Notes under the pieces: generated by a model
Databases searched by the model: none
What the model saw: the letters and a program-made list of their open reading frames with translations, nothing else
Told to the model about the DNA's origin: nothing
Translations under genes and position numbers: made by a program
NCBI GenBank assembly: GCA_010909165.1
Contig: MU008177.1
Location: 248,001-312,000 of the forward strand
Source of the DNA: Anthoceros angustus
Lineage: Eukaryota; Plantae; Anthocerotophyta
DNA length: 64,000 nucleotides
Reading direction: 5' to 3'
Part shown: piece after piece, positions 34,465 to 47,565 of the stretch
Numbering within the stretch: the stretch's first letter is position 1
How the letters are laid out: every line of letters begins with the position of its first letter

Positions 34465-37400
34465 ATGACTCCTTCACATCAGTATGAGAAGCCTGCACAT
34501 CAATATGAGGATCATTATGAGGCCCCACAGGCGCCTCCACATATGTATGAGGATCCACATACGCCTTCACAGGGGTATGAGACGCCTCCAGATCACTATG
34601 AGTCTAGTCCACATCAGTATGGCTCTCTTCCACATGACGATGGTCCTCTTCCGGAGAAGAATGCCACTCTCCCTGGAGAGGATGGCAATCTTCCACATCA
34701 ATATGGGGCACATCCAAATGAGAATCAGGCTCATCCACATGAGAGTCAAGCTCATCCACATGAGAGTCAGGCTCATCCACATGAGAGTCAGGCTCATCCA
34801 CATGAGAGTCAAGCTCATCCACATCAGCATGGGGCTCTTCATCACCAATATAACCCTCTTCCACATCAGTATGATACGTCTATGCCTCCACATCGGCTTG
34901 AGGCCCATCCACATCAGCTCGAGGCTGGTCCACATCAGCTTGAGGCTCGCCCACATTGGCTTGAGGCTCGCCCACATTGGCTTGAGGCTCGTCCACATTC
35001 GATTGAGGCTCATCCACATCAACTTGAGGCTCATCCACATCAGCTTGAGGCTTGTCCACATCAGCTTGAGGCTCATCCACATCAATATAGCCCTCTTCTA
35101 TATAAGTATGAGACGCCAACACCTCCACATCAGTATGAGGCTCCTCCACATCAGGATGGGACCCATCCACATCAGCATGGGATCCATCCACTTCAGCATG
35201 GGACCCATCCATATCAAGATCGACTCCACACCAACATGGGACTCGTCTATGCCTCCACATCAGCATGGGACTCATGCACATCCGTGTGAGACATGGACGG
35301 CTCCGCATCAGCATGAGATGCGGATGGCTCCACCTCAATATGAGACCCATCCACATCAATATGGAACTCGTCTATGCGAGACGGGGACGGCTCCATCTCA
35401 ATATGAGATGCGAATGGCTCCACCTCAATATGAGGCCCATCCACATCAACATGGTTCTCGTGTCGTGAGGCGGGGCGGCTCCACATCAATCTCCACATCA
35501 ACATGGGACTCTACTACGAGTCGGGATAGCTCCACATCAATATGAGGCTCATCCACATCATGGGACTCTACTACACGAGTGGGATGGCTCCACATCGATT
35601 ATGAGGCTCATCCACATCAACATGGGACTCGTCTACATGAGCGGGGCAGTGCACATCGGTGTAGGCTCGTCCACATCAACATGGGACTTGTCTACCTAGT
35701 GGGATGGCTCCACATCAATATGAGGCTCGTCCATATCAACATGGGACTCGTCTACATGAGGCGGGGATGGCTCACATCAAGATGAGGCTCATCCACATCA
35801 GCGTGGGACTCATCTACATGAGGCAGGGCGACTTTACATCAATATGAGGATCATTATGAGGCCCCACAGGCGCCTCCACATATGTATGAGGATCCACATA
35901 CGCCTTCACAGGGGTATGAGACGCCTCCAGATCACTATGAGTCTAGTCCACATCAGTATGGCTCTTCACATGACGATGGTCCTCTTCCGGAGAAGAATGC
36001 CACTCTCCCTGGAGAGGATGGCAATCTTCCACATCAATATGGGGCACATCCAAATGAGAATCAGGCTCATCCACATGAGAGTCAAGCTCATCCACATGAG
36101 AGTCAGGCTCATCCACATGAGAGTCAGGCTCATCCACATGAGAGTCAAGCTCATCCACATCAGCATGGGGCTCTTCATCACCAATATAACCCTCTTCCAC
36201 ATCGTTGATATCGTCTATGCCTCCACATCGGCATGGGACCCATCCACATCAGCTCGAGGCTGGTCCACATCGACTGAGGCTCGCCCACATTGGCTTGAGG
36301 CTCGTCCACATTCGATTGAGGCTCATCCACATCAACAGGCTCATCCATCGACTTGAGGCTTGTCCACATCGACTTGAGGCTCATCCACATCAATATAGCC
36401 CTCTTCTATATAAGTATGAGACGCCAACACCTCCACATCAGTATGAGGCTCCTCCACATCAGCATGGGACCCATCCACATCAGCATGGGATCCATCCACT
36501 TCAGCATGGGACCCATCCATATCAAGATACAGCTCCACACCAATATGAGGCTTCTCCACATCAGCATGGGACTCATGCACATCCGTGTGAGACATGGACG
36601 GCTCCGCATCAGCATGAGATGCGGATGGCTCCACCTCAATATGAGACCCATCCACATCAATATGGAACTCGTCTATGCGAGACGGGGACGGCTCCATCTC
36701 AATATGAGATGCGAATGGCTCCACCTCAATATGAGGCCCATCCACATCAACATGGTTCTCGTGTACGTGAGACGGGGACAGCTCCACATCAATATCAGGC
36801 TCGTCCACATCAACATGGGACTCTACTACACGAGTCGGGGATAGCTCCACATCAATATGAGGCTCATCCACACCAACATGGGACTCTACTACACGAGTCA
36901 GGGATGGCTCCACATCAGTATGAGGCTCATCCACATCAACATGGGACTCGTCTACATGAGCCGGGGACAGCTGCACATCAGTATGAGGCTCGTCCACATC
37001 AACATGGGACTTGTCTACACGAGTCGGGGATGGCTCCACATCAATATGAGGCTCGTCCATATCAACATGGGACTCGTCTACATGAGACGGGGATGGCTCC
37101 ACATCAGTATGAGGCTCATCCACATCAACGTGGGACTCATCTACATGAGACGGGAACAGCTTTACATCAATATGAGATGCGGACGGCTCCACATCAGTAT
37201 GAGGCTCGTCCACATCAGCATGGGACTCGTCTACATGAGATGCAGATGCCTCCACATCATACAAAGATGCCTCCACATTACATTGAGACGCTTCCACATG
37301 AGGATAGCCCTCTTCCACATGAGTATGAGACACGGATGGCACCATATCAAAATGAGATGCCTCTACATGACAATGAGTATAAGTCTCTTCCACATGAGGA

Positions 37401-38231
37401 TAGCCCTCTTCCACATGAGTATGAGACACGGATGGCACCATATCAAAATGAGATGCCTCTACATGACAATGAGTATGAGTGTCTTCCACATGAGTCTCAG
37501 GCTCTTCCACTGAAGTATCACAGTCTTTCACTTGAGGATAAGATCCTTCTTCCACATGAGCATGAGTCTCTTCCACATGAGGATGAGACTCTTCTACATG
37601 AGTCTCAGGCTCTTCCACTTAAGTATCAGGGTCTTTCACTTGAGGATAAGATTCTTCTTCCACATGAGTATGAGTCTCTTCCACATGATTCTCAAGCTCT
37701 TCCTCTTATGTATCAAGGTCTTCCACTTGAGCTCAGCTCGAGGCTCGGGGCTCAGCTCGGGCTCGAGCTCGGGCTCGGGCTCGAGCTCGAGGCTGGGCTC
37801 GAGCTCGAGGCTCGAGCTCGAGGCTGAGCTCGAGCTCGAGCTCAGCTCGAGGCTGGGCTGGGCTCAGGCTCACGCTCACGCTCACGCTCACGCTCAAGCT
37901 CAAGCTCAAGCTCAAACTCTTTCACTTCAGGATCAAGCTCACGCTCAAGCTCAAGCTCAAACTCTTTCACTTCAGGATCAAGCTCATGCTCAAGCTCAAG
38001 CTCAAACTCTTTCACTTCAGGATCAAGCTCACACTCATGATGTTTCACTTGGGTATGAGGGTCTTCCACTTCACGATCAGATTCTTCTTCAGAGTCTTCC
38101 AATTTGAGTGTGAGCCTCTTCATCAGACTCTTCCACATACTGTTGGACAAGAGTATCTGCAGGCTCGTGGACACGTCTATCAGGCTCTGGACATGATGGT
38201 GCATACCTTGTGTATGTATCCATACACATAG
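34465..38231 (+). CDS. His/Pro/Gln/Glu-rich heptad-repeat protein, interrupted by a duplication and frameshifts
   Basis: 21-nt repeats encoding ESQAHPH, LEAHPHQ, YEARPHQ-HGTRLHE-SGMAPHQ. Variation is often synonymous in this frame (CAA/CAG). Open segments 34465-35289, 36205-37827, 37860-38107, about 38103-38231. Confidence 0.55.
34497..37180 (+). repeat. ~1.34-kb tandem duplication within the His-rich repeat region
   Basis: ACATCAATATGAGGATCATTATGAGGCCCC at 34497 and 35836; shared ACATCAATATGAG at the junction and near 37167. Confidence 0.88.
37727..37990. repeat. Hexamer microsatellite (GAGCTC/GGGCTC/CAAGCT) and three ~42-bp repeats
   Basis: Direct reading of the array; AQAQAQTLSLQDQAH x3. 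Confidence 0.9.
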
Positions 38232-38548
38232 ATATATTATTAATAGATTAATGTATTAATCCAACATCGGACTGTAAACCATATCCACCTTTTTCGAGAG
38301 TACCGAACTCCCTCAAGAGTTTTTTGCGCGAAACTACGATATTTAATAGTAACCATAATCGAAAGCATTGATGTAAGAGCCTTACAACATCAGCTCGTTA
38401 TGGGCAAAGATGATGTAGGCTTATAACAATTGGGCTTACGAGCGTTAAAACATCAGCCGCGTATGACAGAAAGAGATGATATATATCGAGCAACCCTACT
38501 AGAAAAGGGCAGTCATGTTACACTTTATGTTAAGATTTGGACCCCCCT

Positions 38549-38730
38549 TTGTTGCAATTATGTTGAAATCTTGGGGTCTTGTTACACTTTTGGGACCCCT
38601 TGTTACAGTTTGGTTTGGAAACCAACCCTCCACCTTATTCTGATCATATTCTGATCTTGTTGCAATTATGTTGCAATGTAGTGAGAGGTGGTATGTGTCC
38701 CCTCTCAAAATTTCAACATAATTGCAACAA
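38549..38730. repeat. 21-bp perfect inverted repeat, MITE-like or subterminal TE motif
   Basis: TTGTTGCAATTATGTTGAAAT 38549-38569, reverse complement at 38710-38730, near-direct copy near 38658. Confidence 0.75.
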
Positions 38731-41384
38731 CCAAAGTGATACATCGTCTCTTGTTACGATTTTGCACGCTTGGTACCGAACCTCCTCCCCATCTACCTTA
38801 ACCCTTGTTGTTTTCACTCCCATATTTTGCCTCTGCAATTATTGTTATACGTGTACTGGGATGTACTTGTATTTTACGTGTATGACATTACCATATTTTC
38901 CGAGGTGATTATTCCAATACCTCTACGAGAGCTTCTACGTATTTTGCTTGTGTACTTTTTGTGCCATATTTCTGCACTCATATTCGCAACACGCTCAGCC
39001 GGCCATCTTCGTATTTGATGCCTAGTTTTCTGTACCGTATTCTATGCAATATCTTATACGTCACCCGTGTATCGTGCATTTGTATGCATCACTCGTATGA
39101 TGTTTGTATACTTTCAAACCCATACAATCCAAAAATACGACATATCCATATTTTAATGCACGATACACATGCCAATTTATCCAACCATTCACAATTGCGT
39201 TCTAGCGTGCTCCTTTTTGCCGCTACGGGCGTGAAGCGGAAGTTGTGGTGTGGATTTCAGCTCCTTGGCCTATGCATGGTATATGCCATGCCTACTCCAC
39301 ATCGTAGGTAGCTACTAGAAACTCTTGGCCTTCCGCACGGCTTGTGATTTTGGCCTTCCCCTTCCTCTTGCGTTCTACGGCCATTTTCCTGCTGTCATGT
39401 GCATGAGTTTCCCCTCGTGTGGTATTGGAATTCTGCAATCACAGCCATGCACATGCCATACAAATGGCCCTTGTCCTGTAAGCAGAGAGAAATTGCTAGC
39501 TGGAAAATTGCAATTTGCATGCTCACCTTGGCCGCCTTGTCTCTGATTTGTTTCCACCCATTTCTTACCAACGGTTATGTGCTTGTCAACGTCCTCTCCA
39601 TCAATGCAGCTCTCACCTGTGTTATCCATGCTCCCCCATCCAGCTCTCCATGCCTTGCTCTTGCTTTCCTCTTCCGGCCTCCTCCCTTCTCCACAACCTG
39701 CGTCACATCTACCGGAGCACCATTGTGCAAGTCCATGCTCTCGGCCTGAGACTCCACCAGGTGAGTATTTGATACAAAATTCGGCACGGGCTGGTGTTCC
39801 TCTTCCTGGACCTCCCTGTTCTCCTCCACATCATCACCATGCCGTGACGTCGTCAGCCTACCAAGGATCTGCTTATCGAATCCCATAGACAAATGCCTCA
39901 TCTCTATACCTCGCCTTTCTTGTCCTCCAGCCCCCAATGACAGCCTCATTTCTTCAGCTGCATTAGGCTCACATGTACTCACCCCACGCTCCTCTCGGGC
40001 GGTCTTCCTGCATTTGCAGCACATGCTGTCTTGATGTTCCCTGCACACATACATTACATCTCGTACTTTGATAGATACTGCCATTCCCTGCCTATGTACC
40101 TGGCCCCCTGCTATCAAGAGACAGCACATACCTATCACAATTGCTGGTGACGCCGCACTCCCCAAGCTGTTTTCGTTGTCCACATTTTTGCCCCTCTCGA
40201 CACATCCACCGTATCCCTCCCTCAAGCAACATGACCATCGCCCGTTCTTGCCCCAACCACGCTGGTTCCTGTGTTGCTAGGACAACTACATCATTGCCCT
40301 CGCTATCCTCCATGGTGTCATCTGTATTGCCTCTGCCTGTCTTGTGACTGCCATGCACTAGCCCCATCCTGTAGCTTGGCGATAGCCTCTTCGCACATCC
40401 CTAGCCTCAAGGTTCGACCACACGATAGGTGGATGAGGAGGATGAGGAGGATAGCCCAATCGAGCTACCCTCCTCATCCTCCCCACCTTTCTACAGCCTT
40501 CTGTCGCCGGTGCCGTTGCAGATACCTCCCGATTGTGGCGTGTTTGCCGGTTGCATACGATCCTTACCCACCTCCGTCTCACACCATTTCCCTGTTCTTG
40601 TTGTACCATGTTTTCTTATATTTTTTTGCCTCCCTTGCGCAGCAACCAGCTGCCTTCCTCCCTCATGAGGTCAGCATTCAAACGTGTCCGTAGACATTGA
40701 AGGCCTGAAATTTGAAATTAAGCAGCCATCCATGGCTTGCATGCATGTAAGTAACACCATAAACCTTAAAGGGGGGGAATATACATGATGAGGGTTTTCT
40801 CGGAAATATGCACCAAAGGGGGTTAGACGTGCGTCTCAAAACGACGAATAACATGTTTTGCTGAAAGAACCACAGAAAAACAGGGTGTCCCATACACGTA
40901 GCCCCCTTTTTACAATATGGGTACACGCCGTGGAAGGGTGCTCGAAATCCTTAACCAATATGATATAGGCAAATTAAGACCCACCGTGATGACCGTTAAT
41001 GCCGGGGAAAGGATGCCAGTGAACCGAGATTTGGAGTGCATCACGCGAGAGTATGGTTGGCATGTATGCATACAGGTAAGCACTTGAATTCACATAAGCA
41101 CTTCCCACCAACAACCAAGCAAACAAATCTGTCTGGATATATAGGTACAAACCAATAACAACGGGAGGAGTAGCTCGCGTCGTGGCACAAAACACACTCT
41201 CCTCACGAGAACAACACGCAAATTCCTCACATCGCTCTTTGAGTCATAGCTTTGGCCTCCTCACAGCGCTCTTGCATGCATATCTGGGACAAGCTATGAT
41301 CCGAGCTCCTCAATGGAAGGGTCTATATACTAACACAGCATCGGCATATTCCTAAGATATCCTATTGGCATCGGCATATGCGAA

Positions 41385-41690
41385 ATATCCTAAGAATACA
41401 CTATAATATGCAGGAATATGCCAAGCATATTACTTGAGCTTATCCATTTAGCTATTGTATCCTAAGAATACACTATAATATGCAAGGAATATGCCAAAGC
41501 ATATTACTTGAGCTTATCCACTTAGCTATTGGTAACCATGTTTAATTAACACTAATCAATGCTTAATTAACATAACATTAGATTAATTAACACTAATCAA
41601 TACTTAATTAACATAAGCACATTAGATTAATTAACACTAATTACTTACTTAAAGATGAGTAATTAGATTAATTAATGCTAATCAAACACT
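41385..41690. repeat. AT-rich ~70-bp duplication and TTAATTAA-containing ~35-bp repeats
   Basis: ATCCTAAGAATACACTATAATATGCA twice; ATTAATTAACACTAAT repeated. Confidence 0.8.
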
Positions 41691-42399
41691 AAACCCAAGT
41701 GCAGAGATTAGTATCACACGGCATGACACATGTAAAAACCATAGTCTTCTGCAAATTCGTTTTGATCTCAAGGTCGTGACAGACTGGGTCTAAACTGACC
41801 GTATGCTTGGCGGCCTTGCCAGTGGAAACAGGGGCGCCGGTCGGCTGGCGCTCCTCTCTTGTCTATGGAGGTCACAGCTACAGTATTCGGTTCTCCGCAG
41901 TACCACAAATTGCAAAACAGACACCACCAGTGGATCGAAGATGGTTGGGATGACTGCAACAACGTTCCTATTTATCATCCTCGACCGATCTGTCCAGCTA
42001 TGGACAACACGCCACTATAATCTTGGGGCACAGCATAACCGGCCCGAACACATACTTAATTTAATTGTGTGTTGCAAACCACATATACGGATACCCGGTA
42101 TTATATTGCATTGAGGTGGTAATGGACAAAAAGCCAAATATGATTCAGTACTTACCCCAACAAAGGCTACGGACAAGATGCAGTGGAATTTAGACCGGGT
42201 GAAGCTGAAACCCTATATTTATCTCAGTATGCGGGAACCATTGCCTCCTCTCCCAATTCCTTGTCCATGGAAGCAAGTTTACTCATCTCCGGAGTTCACT
42301 CCTTCATCGTCGCTAGGCCCCTCGTGTGCACCATGGTCATCACTATCCTCAGGGGCACTTTCAGATGCTGGTTGAATAAACCCACGTAATTCACTCAAC

Positions 42400-45300
42400 T
42401 TATCCTTGATCGCTTTCTTGTCAACAACATATAAATGTTTCGAGCATTCAGCACGAATCCATAATAAAGGATTACCGTTTCGTTCACAAAGACCTGTTGA
42501 ATATTTTTGGGATACAAGGATTTGCTCCCTTTCTTCCCTAGCTTGAAGCCATGTTGGGTACCACTTCCTGGAATTATATATTCCTCAACATATGTATCTT
42601 CCTTCATATGCATCTGTATGCTCGGTCATATACCAATGAACGAGGAAGTGAGGTTTGGGCGACTCCAACTTCACTTCTATGACCTTTCCAATCCAAAATG
42701 GCATGTTGTAAGTGTCTGTAGAACAAAGAACTGCTATGAACATTCCTTTCTTGATCTCCGTAATATCGCCATTCAAACGTATCATATCTTCTTGAACAAG
42801 AGGCCACAGAGTCGAGGGTGACCAAAGGGTGCAGCAAAAAGTACTAAACGGCAGGCTGAAGCACAGGGAGCGAAGGAACCAAAACTTGAGATGCATTAAC
42901 GCAAATCATGCCCAACATGCACCCCCAATAGCATTGTGGAACAACATGTTGAACATCGATTCAGGCACCTTAACACGGCCTTGCAAACTGAGGGAAAAAG
43001 CACAAGGACTAACATAATGGACCTAGCGCCAACCTGAGACATATCAAGGAAATGAGTGATATGTGTGATGAACGCCTTTGGAGCAGTTCTGAACCGCTTT
43101 GTGTCCTTGGTGTTCGATGATGGTCTGGAGGCGAGTTCCCAAAGCTGAACAATTACATCTTTCACATACCACAACCTGTGTCACTCGTGTCTTCCTACAC
43201 ACCACGGTGAGATATTTCACCATGCACATCTCCTTCTTGAGAACCCAAGGCTCGTCACGCCTCCTCGGCTCTATTTGGCGAGACAACGAGGAAACAAGGT
43301 GGCTCCTTTGATATCTTTAGACAAAATCATGTTGAAGTATGTTCCGTGCCCGCAAATGGTCTCCAAATTGCACGTCCTTCAAACTTGAGCATGCAACCTT
43401 CAAGTTCTGCATGATCATTCTTTGCTACCTCACTATCCTTAGTCTTTGTGCCTCGACCACGATACTCTTTCAACAGTGGCAGCCGGCCAAAGAGCGCTAA
43501 GATGTCTTGTTTGCTCGCAGAGGTGTATCTAGAAGTGAGATGCAAGAAATGTTGACCAATTTCCCGAGCCACCCTCTGTTTCACCACAGTGAGCATTCCA
43601 CGCTCCTGTCGATTCGCTCAAGGCCCATTGCTGCTCTCCACTTCTTGACTCGTTGTGTTGAGGTCCGTGAGATGGTCAACATCCCCAAGCCTTGCTTGAT
43701 CCTCGCCCGTCTCCAACGCATCCCCCGCCCGCCTCCCCGCGCCCCTTGCTTTCGGGATAGCCCCACTTTTATCACACTAGGCATCCGTCCTTCCAGATTT
43801 GCTCGCCACTATCTGCTCGCCGCAGCCTCTGGCGACGCTGTTTCACCATGCTCGCCTCGGCTTCGTGAATATGCCATACCTCTTTGAGGGGCCGAAAATG
43901 CGTGTTCCGCCTAGAGAGTCACCAAGCCCGATCTTCAGACGACCTTTCCTGCACAATGATGTCTTCACATGGCCTGCAGCAACCATGCGCGCCCGTGTGA
44001 GACCAAACCCTAAACATCTAGCTTGGACCCATTTCTACATGGTTCAGATTTCACCCACCCACCGCGCGTGGCCTACAGGCAATCGCAACAAATGGCTGTT
44101 CCGCCGAGCCCGCGTCTCATGATGCATCCATTGGCGGATTGTTGCGTGTAGATGCCTACCTCCACTGAGCCCAAGCACCCACTGGGCATCATCACCATCA
44201 CCTACAGGCCTTGCTCGCACATGGTTTCCCGCTGTGTTTGAAGTACTTGATGAAACCGAGATGCTTGATGTCAGCCCATAAGATTAACAATTGCACGCAT
44301 GGCGTCTGCAGGGCGCCAAGAAATGTACACGGACCATTTTCCCTCCTTCGCTCCCCCGGTTCGTAAAAATAACATGGCACAATGGACAAGTGTCGAGGAC
44401 ATTGCCGTCTTAGCATCCCCGGACCAAGGCATTTTTCAAGGTTTTTTTTCCTAATCTAATTTCATATTTTAACCTCGAGATACATAAGAATACTATCATC
44501 TATAAAATACCGAGACCGTTTGGAAACGAAATCAATTATATAAAATTATATTCAATATAAGAGGACAAAAGAAGGATGTTTCAACCGTTACGCACCAAAG
44601 TGAGCACCAAACCATGCAATCGCCCTGTTGCCTGCCCAAATTTTTATACGCCCCCAAATACATATCGCGTTGTGGAAGTTCGCGCAATAAAGCTCCTTCC
44701 AGCAAAGCCTCATCGGGCACAGACAAGGGCACTACTGGCCATCAGCCTCCACTTTCGAAAACCACTTCCATGGTCGTTGCAGAACCAGCCCAATATGGTT
44801 GTCCACAATTCTGACAATTTCTTCTGGTCAGCGAACTCCTCCCACCATGTGTACTCTTCCGTAACGTAGGAGACTCCGATAACCCTTAAGAAAGCAAGCG
44901 CCCTCTATTCTTAGTGAGACAAGCGGTGAGCTTTTTATCTCTAGGGCAAGGCCAACAAAGGACCCGCAGTTATCACCTCCTGCGGCTTCAAAAACTCAAC
45001 TTCAAAAACTCAAGCCTCCTTACATTTCCCTAGCAGTGATGTTGAATCTTGCTTACTCTAATTACAATCACCTGACCGCGGTCCGGTTTCTCCTCGCGTG
45101 TGATCTTGAATTGATGCTGGAACGACAGATTATTCAATTTCTTGACAGCTGTTGAATACATCTGGCACCCATCCCCCCCGTCTTATTGGCCATACATACT
45201 TTTGGAAGTCGGGAACTTCAGTAAGTATCGTCACCTCCGGTCTTGGAGTGTACGCTCCCTCGATAATAGTAGCCAACGCGGGCAGAGTGTGCACTTCCTT

Positions 45301-47565
45301 GTGTTTCAAGCTCTTAGAGAAGCATGAAAACATCTGATCAATTTGATCATGAGTGTGCCCAACTAGCAGGAAGCCCACCTTCACTTTCTCAAAAGTTCCC
45401 ATGTCTACCAACATGTTGAGATCATAAAGAGTAGTTGGTTCTTGTTCTCCGGCAAGTGTTGTCCAGTTGTAAATACAACACTTTAGGCAGCACCCCATCA
45501 TAATTGTGGATAACATCTTGAATGATGTTCATAGTCAAATTGGCGTCATTATGGAGGTTGGCATAATGCAAATATGCCCTAGCTTTGTAAGTATAATTGT
45601 GAATCATGCACCCCACAACGTGCACAGAAATACGACATTCTTCATCCAAATTCTTTGGCCACCGCAAGAAATGCGGAATCTCAGTCTTCTTCTAGTCCAT
45701 TCCATCAATCGCCAATAAAATATATTTGTGGGGTTCCACGTAGCTCTTGCTGCGATGCTTTGTCATCTTCGCTCGCTTAGTGTGGAGCCGATCTCGATGG
45801 GCATCTAAGGCAGCCTGATATTTCTCTGCAAACAATTGGTGTTACACGCGTTAGAGATTCACAGGCATTGTAGAGCCAGGATCATTGCAAAACATGAATA
45901 CCCGTTAATGCTGGTTTGCAACCCGTCCTATCCGCAACATGAGAACTGTGACGTTCAACCCTTAGGCTGAATGCTAGCTGTCGCCCTCCAAAACCGTATA
46001 AACTAGATGAAAAGGAACAAAGTGGACTTTTGTGGAAGGCGCCACTTACTGCCACCATCACCATGGGCGGCCTATCGACTAACACCCTGCAAACCCCCTA
46101 CCACTATAGGGGTTGAATCTTGGTGGGAGACGAGAGGGCGCCGGCCTGCCGGCGCCCTCTAACCCTAGAGGAGGCCTCTGACGGTAAAGCCTGTATGTTC
46201 CGATGTCGGCCATACCTCTTACTATGCACTGCAATAGAACGAGGAGTATGGAAAACGTTGTATGGTATGAGTAGTGCAAAGAGGATGTGGGCGCCGGCCA
46301 GCCGGCGCCCACACAATGGTCTAACCTGGCATGCGGGCCTAGTTCCAGTGGGAAGTCCCTTTCAGCATGCGACATTCAAACTCGACAACACGAGGTACTA
46401 ACCACCTCAGACATGGAGAATGTGCAGGCAGAACAAAGTACATAGAAGGACACATAATGTACCGACTGAAAGGATTCTGGAGAATACCTTGGTCGACTTT
46501 AGCAGTCGTGTTTCTAATTGTCGTTTTCAATCCTGCGCAAAGCGAGCACGTGGAGAACCTGTTGGACTTTGGAATCTTCACCCTGCTGAAGTTCTCCCTC
46601 CAAAGTTTCAAAAACCAAGCATAAGTGACAAACCGTTGACTGGAACCCTCACATTGCCGCTTATATTTTACCCAAATTTCGAACTTTGTAAATGTGTCTG
46701 GAAGGTTAAAAACATCCACATTCGGGAGCCTCTCCGCCATAAACAGGAATGTGTTGTCCATCTACGTGATTGCACCCTGCGCATATGTAGACTGCTGTTT
46801 AGGGTTGGCTCTAAAGCCATCCCATGGTGCATGTGAAATAATCCTTCTCTTCAGCTCTTCATACCTACTATGGCCAATGCAATATACCCTGCGAAAAGCT
46901 CTTAGACAGCATTGCATTCTGACCGACCCCCATAGATGGGTCACAACTTTATCATTGTGCAGGCCACTGCGATCCACATGAACAAGAGATTCTAGAAACG
47001 TCTCCTGCTCCTGTCTGCCCATTCGTAGAAACCGGTATCTCTGCTCCTGCAACCTTTCTATAGTCAACTTCTGCACACACATTTGGTTGCGACAGGGCTT
47101 GCAGAAATCAATGGAGGCAGATTCTGCTTCGCATTTCCTCATCGGCACACCAGCAGTGCGTCTTTTCTGACCAGATGAAACAAGAGCCTTTGTTGCTTTC
47201 AAGCTTTCGCTCAAAGGCTTGGGATGGTAGGATTGCGGAGTATGTCCACCTGGTGTTTGAAAGACGTCATCCTCCTCGTCTGAAGACGGTGACCTGTTTT
47301 CCAAGAGGATACCTTTCCCACGTTCCTCCACAGTAGGAAATAAGTCACGCCTCAATGCTTTAGGCCCTCCTACTCGGGTGGAATAGTTTCCACAACTTTG
47401 TGCATTCTCATGCATTCGAGCAGACGGGCTCCTATCTAAGGCGGCATACAAATTGAGGTTCCTCGGTGTCCGCGGCATACCCCTCGGAACAAATGGCGAA
47501 GATGAACTTCGGCGGCGCCCACTGTGGCAATCACTGGAACGAGTTGCAAATGCAAGCAAAGGCAT
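42400..47565 (-). pseudogene. Decayed, spliced Sola-type (DDD) DNA transposase
   Basis: CCLRAFRRVYCIG; WLKLWRENF-like FLKLWRENFSRVKIPKSNRFSTCSLC; LAIDGMD*KKTEIP; LYLQLDNTC-R-ENKN; FLLVGHTHDQIDQMFS; FQHQFKIT; C-terminal PFWIGKV...VHWY. Nonsense changes (TGG>TAG, CAG>TAG) and frameshifts. Superfamily call from remembered motifs; termini not found. Confidence 0.7.
46094..46313. repeat. GC-rich perfect hairpins in the long transposase intron
   Basis: GAGGGCGCCGGC-CT-GCCGGCGCCCTC 46134-46159; TGTGGGCGCCGGC-CA-GCCGGCGCCCACA 46286-46313; CCCCTA..TAGGGG near 46095-46112. Confidence 0.9.

Noticed and set aside
34484-37618. Alternative long ORFs (MRLIHI... frame; antisense DVDEP... and MWMSL... frames)
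   Set aside because: Open only because the 21-nt repeat lacks stops; observed repeat variants favour the PHQYE frame.
39300-41230. Scattered 70-200 aa ORFs
   Set aside because: No recognisable motif, consistent frame or splice chain; probably decayed TE or intergenic DNA.
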